This document shows positions 57,767-64,000 of a stretch of 64,000 nt of DNA, one piece after another. Each line of letters begins with the position of its first letter. Positions within the stretch are counted from its first letter, which is position 1. Origin of the DNA: Squalus acanthias (Eukaryota); assembly GCA_030390025.1 (NCBI GenBank), contig CM059432.1, forward strand, positions 38,008,001 through 38,072,000, read 5' to 3'. The position numbers and the translations under genes are program-made. Below the pieces are notes generated by a model. The model had not been told where the DNA came from and ran no database searches. It was given only the letters and a program-made list of their open reading frames with translations.

Positions 57767-58152
57767 CAATGAGAGGTGATTTCATTGAAATGTATAAAAT
57801 TCTTAAGGAGCTTGACAGGGTAGATACTGGGAGGCTGTTTCCTCTGGCTGGGGAGTCTAGAATTAGGGGTCACAGTATCAGAATAAGGGGTTGGCCATTT
57901 AGGATTGAGAAGAGGAGAAATGTCTTCACTCAAATGGCTGTGAATCTTTGGAATTCTCTACCGCAGAGGGCTGTGGATGTATATTCAAGACAGAGATTGA
58001 TAGATTTTTGGATACTAAGGGAACCAAGGGATATGGGGATAGGGCGGGAAAGTGGAGTTGAGATAGAAGATCAGCCATGATATTGAATGGCGGAACGGAC
58101 TCAAAGGGCCGAATGGCTTACTCCTGCTCCTATTTCTTATGTTCTTATGTTC
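57767..58152 (+). mobile_element. CR1 LINE 3' fragment
   Basis: MRGDFIEMYKILKELDRVD...RGHS...NLWNSLPQ with a (TTCTTATG)n tail. Confidence 0.88.
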
Positions 58153-58734
58153 TGATGCAGGTGTCAATTTTACATCTGATTTACTCTTCTTTTCACTGCT
58201 ATTTTACAAAACAGGTTTTGCACCTACTTTGTGGATGTTAGCAGTTCCGTTCACTTAGGGACTTTTACTTCTCTTAGTATACAGAGAATGCATTAAATTC
58301 ATGCATTTTACTCCCTTTTTTGTGCACTCTCAGGAATGCACAACTTTAGGATAGAATTTTCAGGGAAGGAATCGTGTGTAGTAAGGCATCCACCTAACAT
58401 AGAGCGTGTGTCTTTGGCACTCATTAAGTATTCCGTGTGAGTCCCTGGTCACAAAGTGGGCTGCATCTAGGAGCTCCCATTCAAGAGGACTTGTGGTGCT
58501 GCAGCAGCTATTTAAAGTTTCCTTCTGATTGTTCAGAATAAGATAGCTGCGATCAAAGAATGAACATGGATGGTAGTGGCGGTGGTGCCGAGGACAATGG
58601 TGACGACTATTATCGGCCACTTGACTGAGTGCATGTGGACAAAGTTCATCAAAGTGCCAGCTGTGGCTCTCAGCGCTAAAATTCTCTCACCTGGTGTTTC
58701 AATCCCTCCCTATCCACCAGCCCGACAAAGCCCT

Positions 58735-59000
58735 TGACTATTCCATTCCTCTCACTTTATCCCACCATTGGTAGCCAAGCTTTCAGCTGCCTAGGCCGAA
58801 TGCTCTGGAATTACCTCCCTAACCCCCTCCATCTCTCCATTCCCCTCTCATCCTTTAAGACCCTCCCTAAAGCCCCCCTCTTTGACCAAGCTTTTGGTTA
58901 CCCCTCCTAATATCACCTTCTTTGGGTTGGTGTCCATATTTACCTAATGCCTCTGTAAAGTGCTTTGAGACATATTTTCTAGGTTAAAGATACTGTGGCC
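58735..59000 (+). mobile_element. L2-like LINE 3' end remnant
   Basis: An AFSCLGRMLWNYLP-like terminus and a CTTTGACCAAGCTTTTGG...TGTAAAGTGCTTTGAGAC tail. Confidence 0.5.
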
Positions 59001-61654
59001 TGGATATCTACTGGGGCGGGTTACATGGGCGGGGGGACAGAGTTTCGGACGGGAAACCCGGAAGCCTGGGTTTCCCCGCATGCCGTGGAGTTTTAACTCC
59101 ACAGGGTGCGTCTTTTGGCCCTGAAAGGTTCCCCGCCCAGAAGTCAGCCTGATTAGCAGGCTTGGCTTCCAGTCGGGCGAGGAGGACTCCGGTACAGGCC
59201 GCAGGACCAGGTAGCACTGATCCACGACCCCGGAGCGAGGGGTGGGTCAGGTCTGATCCCACACTCCGGGGGGGGCCGAGGGGTCCAATCTGGGGGTTTC
59301 CGATCCCACACCCCGGGGGGTTCCGATCCCCGACCCTGGTGTTTTTTGTATGGGGGTCTGATGGTGGGGAGCTTGGGGGGCAGGAGGAAGCACTCCTGCT
59401 CCTCATGGCCCACAAGCAGTGCAGTAAAGGCACTTGCCTTCTCCCCAAAGCTGTCCTCGCCATGCTTCACCTGCCGGTGTTTTTGTAGTAACATCCATTG
59501 CTATTATGTGGGAAAGGAGCTTCAAGCGCTGGCCCTGCAACAGTCACTTGTTTGATACATCTGAGGGCAGCAAATTGTTTCATGTTACAAATGATTCCTA
59601 TGCCAGCCTGGTTGGCACTAGCGACAGGGGCAGAAAAGCAGAGGGAGGAAGTGATCTTGCCTGAAACTGGCAGGGCTGTCACTAGAGTGTGGTCACCATG
59701 GAAGCAGTTGCAGGTGTCCATACAGCTGATAGCACGATTCTGTAACTGTTTCCATGGTGACCCAAAACCTGTGGAGGCAGTTCCCTTTGGTCATTGTCAG
59801 GTAATTCTGCCAGCACATGCAGATACAGTTGTGTATTTGCATGCACTTGCATACATAGCTGACAATGACCACAGGGAACTGCCTCCATAGGTAGATGCGG
59901 ACGGTCCAGCAGACCTTCCTGGAATGCATTATCTGATCATCTTTGACTTCAAGCATTAGTACCTGAACTTTTGAAAACAAACCCCATATGTAATGAAAAA
60001 TTTCCATTGTAAAAATGGGTGAGTACTTTTAAGAACCCCTTTCCCACATGCAAGAATGCTGCTGACCTTTAATGGTCACTTTCAATCAACAGACTTAATG
60101 CTAGGCCGAGGATTGGGGGAGCTGAGAATCTAGGGCGCCAGGAATCGGGATGGGGGTGGGGGGGGGGGGGTGGCATTGGAGCTGGGCACGGGGGAGATTG
60201 GGGTTTGGTGCCGGGGAGAGTGAGGATCAGGGGGGGTCGGGGCCAGGAGCGATGGTGATGGGGAGAGCAGTGGACGGCGATTGGTTCCTTTAATGTGGGG
60301 TCGGGAGGGGCACATTCCACATTCTGGTAAGTTACTTACCTTCTTGGTTGGGGCTAGCAGGCGGTCCCTCGGCCTAGTTTCCTTGTGTGCAGCCGTGCAA
60401 ACCAATCTTGGAGGCACATTATTTGCATATGTAAAGGGCCTAAAGCATGTTTCAAGCGTGGGTAAAGGACGCACATTTTTATTCCTTACCCAATATGGCA
60501 GGCCGTGTAGCCCCCGAAAATCGGGCCCTGTGCGGACCAATTTCTAGGCCACTGGGAAACGTAGGTGCCATTGATTGCACCCTGAACCTTGGAGAAACCG
60601 GCAGCCCCATAAATCTGTATGGTCCTATGCCTCTACTGCCTTGCTATAATTCGAAAAAAGTTATGAATTGGGCTACTCTCGCGTAAAGGGTGTCAGTGAT
60701 CTGATGAGTGCATGCCCATACTCATTGCTGGCTGATATTGCAGAGATCTCCCGTGGCTACCTGAAATGACCCTGTGCTATATAAGTTGCATCATAGCCAG
60801 TTTGAGAGCAGTGGGGGCAGATGTGCATGGCTGCAGGTCATGCAGTAGGTCACAACGATGCCTCTTTGGTGAAGCACACTCTTCTTATGCAGAGCTTCTC
60901 ACAGAGGTCCTCGTATGACTTCATGAGTTTCCTGTATATTCTCTGGGGAGGGGGATAATTCCTGATGGGTTGTACCCTTCTTAAATTTTGCCTGACTCTG
61001 CATTTGTTCCATCCTGTGCTGCTTCTCCTCCTCCTCCTCAATGATGATAGTATGCTGATGGGGAAAGCAATACTTGCTCCTGGGATGCCCTGACTGCAGG
61101 TGGGGAGGGGGTTGACCCTATGAGATGCAGTCAGAAGTAAGTGCAGGTATTTGTAGAGATAAATGCAACAAACAAAAAATGGGTTCAAAAAGTATTTGAG
61201 AGCTGCAGAAATCAGTGTTTGAACTTTCCAAATAAACTCCTCACTTCCATCTTGATGAAGTGATCTTAAAAGATGCTGTGCTCATATTCTCAGTCTAACT
61301 CACCCAGAGTGCAACAGCAGTGGAAACCCAGTAAACTCACCCCTACTACAGCACGGGCTATTAGTCGGACATATGCAAATAAGGTCAGTGGGCGGGCAGA
61401 TTGCGGGAAAGCTCAGAAAGCATGAAGGCACTTGGGGAAATGTTTCAAAGGTGCACAATGGATGGAAATGACTTCCACCAGGCTCATAGAATTTCCTGCG
61501 CCATTTCTGCACTGCCAATGTGCTGAAAATGGCAAAGAAATTCACCCCAGTATTTCTACAAATGTTAAGGTATATCCCAGTGTAGGGATAATTGGTTTAG
61601 ATTTTGAGATTTGACTGTGGAGACCTTAAAATTAGAATCTCTCAGTAAACTTGC

Positions 61655-62195
61655 TTTCAATTCTGGACACCACACTTTATGAAGGATGTCAAGGCCTTGG
61701 AGAGGGTGCAGAAGAGATTTACTAGAATGATATCAGGTTTGAGGGACTTCAGTTATGTGGAGAGACTAGAGAAACTATGGTTGTTCTCCACAGAGCAGAG
61801 AAGGTTAAGAGGAGATTTAATAGAGGTGTTCAAAATCATGAACGGTTTTGATAGAGTAAATAAAGAGACACTGTTTCCATTGTTAGAAGGGTCAGTAGCC
61901 AGAGGACACAGATTTAAGGTGATTGGCAAAAGAACCAGAGGCAACATGAGGAAACATTTTTTTTACACTGCACGTTGTTGTGATCTGGAATGCACTGCCT
62001 GAAAGGGTGGTGAAAGCAGGTTCAATAGTAACGTTCAAAAGAGAATTGGATAAATGCTTGAAGGGGAAAATTTATAGGGCTATGGGGAAAGAGCAGGGGA
62101 TTGGGATTAATTGGCTAGCTCTACCAAAGAGCCAGCACAGGCATGATGGGCCAAATGGCTTCATTCTATGCTGTGTCATTCTATGATTCTATGAA
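61655..62195 (+). mobile_element. CR1 LINE 3' fragment
   Basis: KDVKALERVQKRFTRMI...RRLRGDLIEVFKIM with an (ATTCTATG)2 tail. Confidence 0.88.
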
Positions 62196-63318
62196 ACCAC
62201 CAGTGAATCGGACGGTCCCTATGAGACTGCTTGCCCCAGAACAGGAGCCATAGAGGTGAGCTTGAGTTACTCGAGTTCTTTCATGTATGAGAAAGACCTG
62301 TAACCAGGGCCGTCACTTTGTCGTGGAATTATTTTTCTTTTAAAGGAAAGGAACCTCAAAATGCATTCAGTAGACATGGGCCAATTTCACAGCTCTTCAC
62401 AGGCTCAATTTTCAGGCTGAATTCTGTTCCTGTTATTCTGACTCCCCCGTGGCAAACATGAAAGAACCACTACATAAAATGTTCTCAACTGGTGTTTACT
62501 TTGGAATTTGTACAAATACTTTATGGTTCCTATTAGGCATATTTATGCTCTGAAAATAAATAAAGGGTACACTTTCCTTACTGTTCTTTTACCAATTAAA
62601 GCAGCAAATCTTTCAGGCAGTCTTGCGGACTCCTGGCTCATTTTTAGTCAGATGTGTTTATTTGTGCAATCTACCTTCCCTCTCCCCTTCTCAGTTTTTG
62701 CCATGGAAAGAGCTATTACAGAGAGGGCAGCGCTTCACAGGATCCGCAACCTTCCACCCCGACAGAATTGCATCCTTGCCCATCACACCTAAGCTGCTTT
62801 AGCTGCTTGCCATTTCCAGCACGAACGTCATTGCTCAGATGGACCTCCCCCACCCCCCCCCAAGAAAATGACCACAAAGCTAAGTGAGCTTTAAGCTGGT
62901 ACAAAGCCATTAGTTGGTATCATTTCACTTTTAAGTGTTAACAATATTAATAGGTATTCAATAAGTGATCTGCTAGTGGGCGGTATACAAATCAGATTAA
63001 AAAAAATCAATGTAAATCACAGCTCCTCTGAAGCCTTTCATTTCAGGATCAACAGTTAAAGACTTACTAGTCTCATACGGTTGCCCGAATGAGAGAGCAT
63101 TTTAAAGTACCTCCGGTTTCTTTCCTGTTGGAATCTGCGTACAGTAAAAACGGAAAAGTTTCATCTGGTCTCGGTGCTTTGACATGGAAATTACACGATG
63201 CAAGCAAAAGCAAAAACGCAGAACCCATGAAAGGAATCCGGCTTTATTTCCAGATACGTTGCTGCAAATCCAACTGTACTGACTGAATAAGGTTAGACTG
63301 CATAAGTTGTAGAAATAC

Positions 63319-63362
63319 CTTTTTATATTCTCATCATCAAAAGCCAAGTTAGCTTTCAATGT
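63319..63362 (-). CDS. Candidate 44-nt internal exon of an unidentified host gene
   Basis: Strong acceptor TTTTTTTATTTTGCAG, a single open frame TLKANLAFDDENIK, and an AG|GTATTT donor. Confidence 0.4.
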
Positions 63363-64000
63363 CTGCAAAATAAAAAAATTATCACGATTAAGGGGGCAAA
63401 TCTAACTCAATTTAATTTTTTTTAAAACAAATCTGATTCAGTTCTGTTCGCTATGTTGGTTTTTGGATTTAATCATCTAGCGACAATGACTTGGGCTTTA
63501 TCTGGTGGAAATTAAAGCTGGCAGCTGGTTTCAGACATCCAGTCACCAAATTAAAGTACTTAAAATAGAATATCCATGTGTCATCCTCAGTCTGTCTATA
63601 ATATTTTAGTGATACAACAAAGAGACACAGTCAGCGCCAATCACCCTATAGGGAATAATTGGAATAAAAATTAAAACTTATCTTAAAGCCGCACCCTATA
63701 ATTATTCGTTGTTGTTATCAATAATATCAACAAATGAATGAGCATCATCTAAAGTGGCTGCTGAATCTTCAGTTATCATGAGGCCTGATTCCATGCACAA
63801 AAGTGCTGAAGGTGGATTCATGGACCGGTGGGTCCGAGTTATGCTGAATGCTTCCTGCTGGGTAAATCCAAACGAAACTTGTATTTTTTTGGCCTCTTTT
63901 GCCCATGCATGGCCATTGGCATTGAGTGACATTCATGGTTGCTTTAAATTTAAGATGCCCGCCACGATTAGGCAGGCTGTGATGAGTGATATGACGTTAC

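Noticed and set aside
63702..63932. 76-aa minus-strand ORF
   Set aside because: No recognisable motif or clear splice signals, and the length is within chance expectation.

Overview
This is a eukaryotic, transposon-dense window. The LINE, Penelope and Harbinger families suggest a cartilaginous fish, which is an inference. The centrepiece is a nearly intact 12.8-kb endogenous retrovirus-like provirus (18491-31314). It has two 1712-bp LTRs that differ at about 5 positions by eye, a 4-bp CTGG TSD and a tRNA-Arg PBS that overlaps the first in-frame gag ATG. It also has a coiled-coil gag, a UGA-CUAG readthrough junction, and a pol with protease, RT, a dead tether RNase H, a second RNase H and integrase. 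Its env is open and looks like a class I fusion protein carrying an immunoglobulin-like domain. This architecture best fits lokiretrovirus-like elements. A second, degraded relative (1-5080, minus strand) has an almost identical RT but a diverged gag and LTR. The provirus sits in a four-level nest: old CR1 > near-full-length CR1 > Harbinger > provirus. The rest of the window holds PIF/Harbinger transposons (HARBI1-like transposase plus a spliced Myb/SANT gene), their MITEs, a Tc1/mariner-type MITE, CR1/L2/Tx1 LINE fragments, and three short Penelope-like inserts with minimal hammerhead ribozyme motifs. One of these inserts has captured a copy of nearby DNA. Two phase-compatible minus-strand exons suggest that at least the right half of the window lies in the introns of an unidentified host gene. 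All calls were made by eye, with no alignments or database searches.
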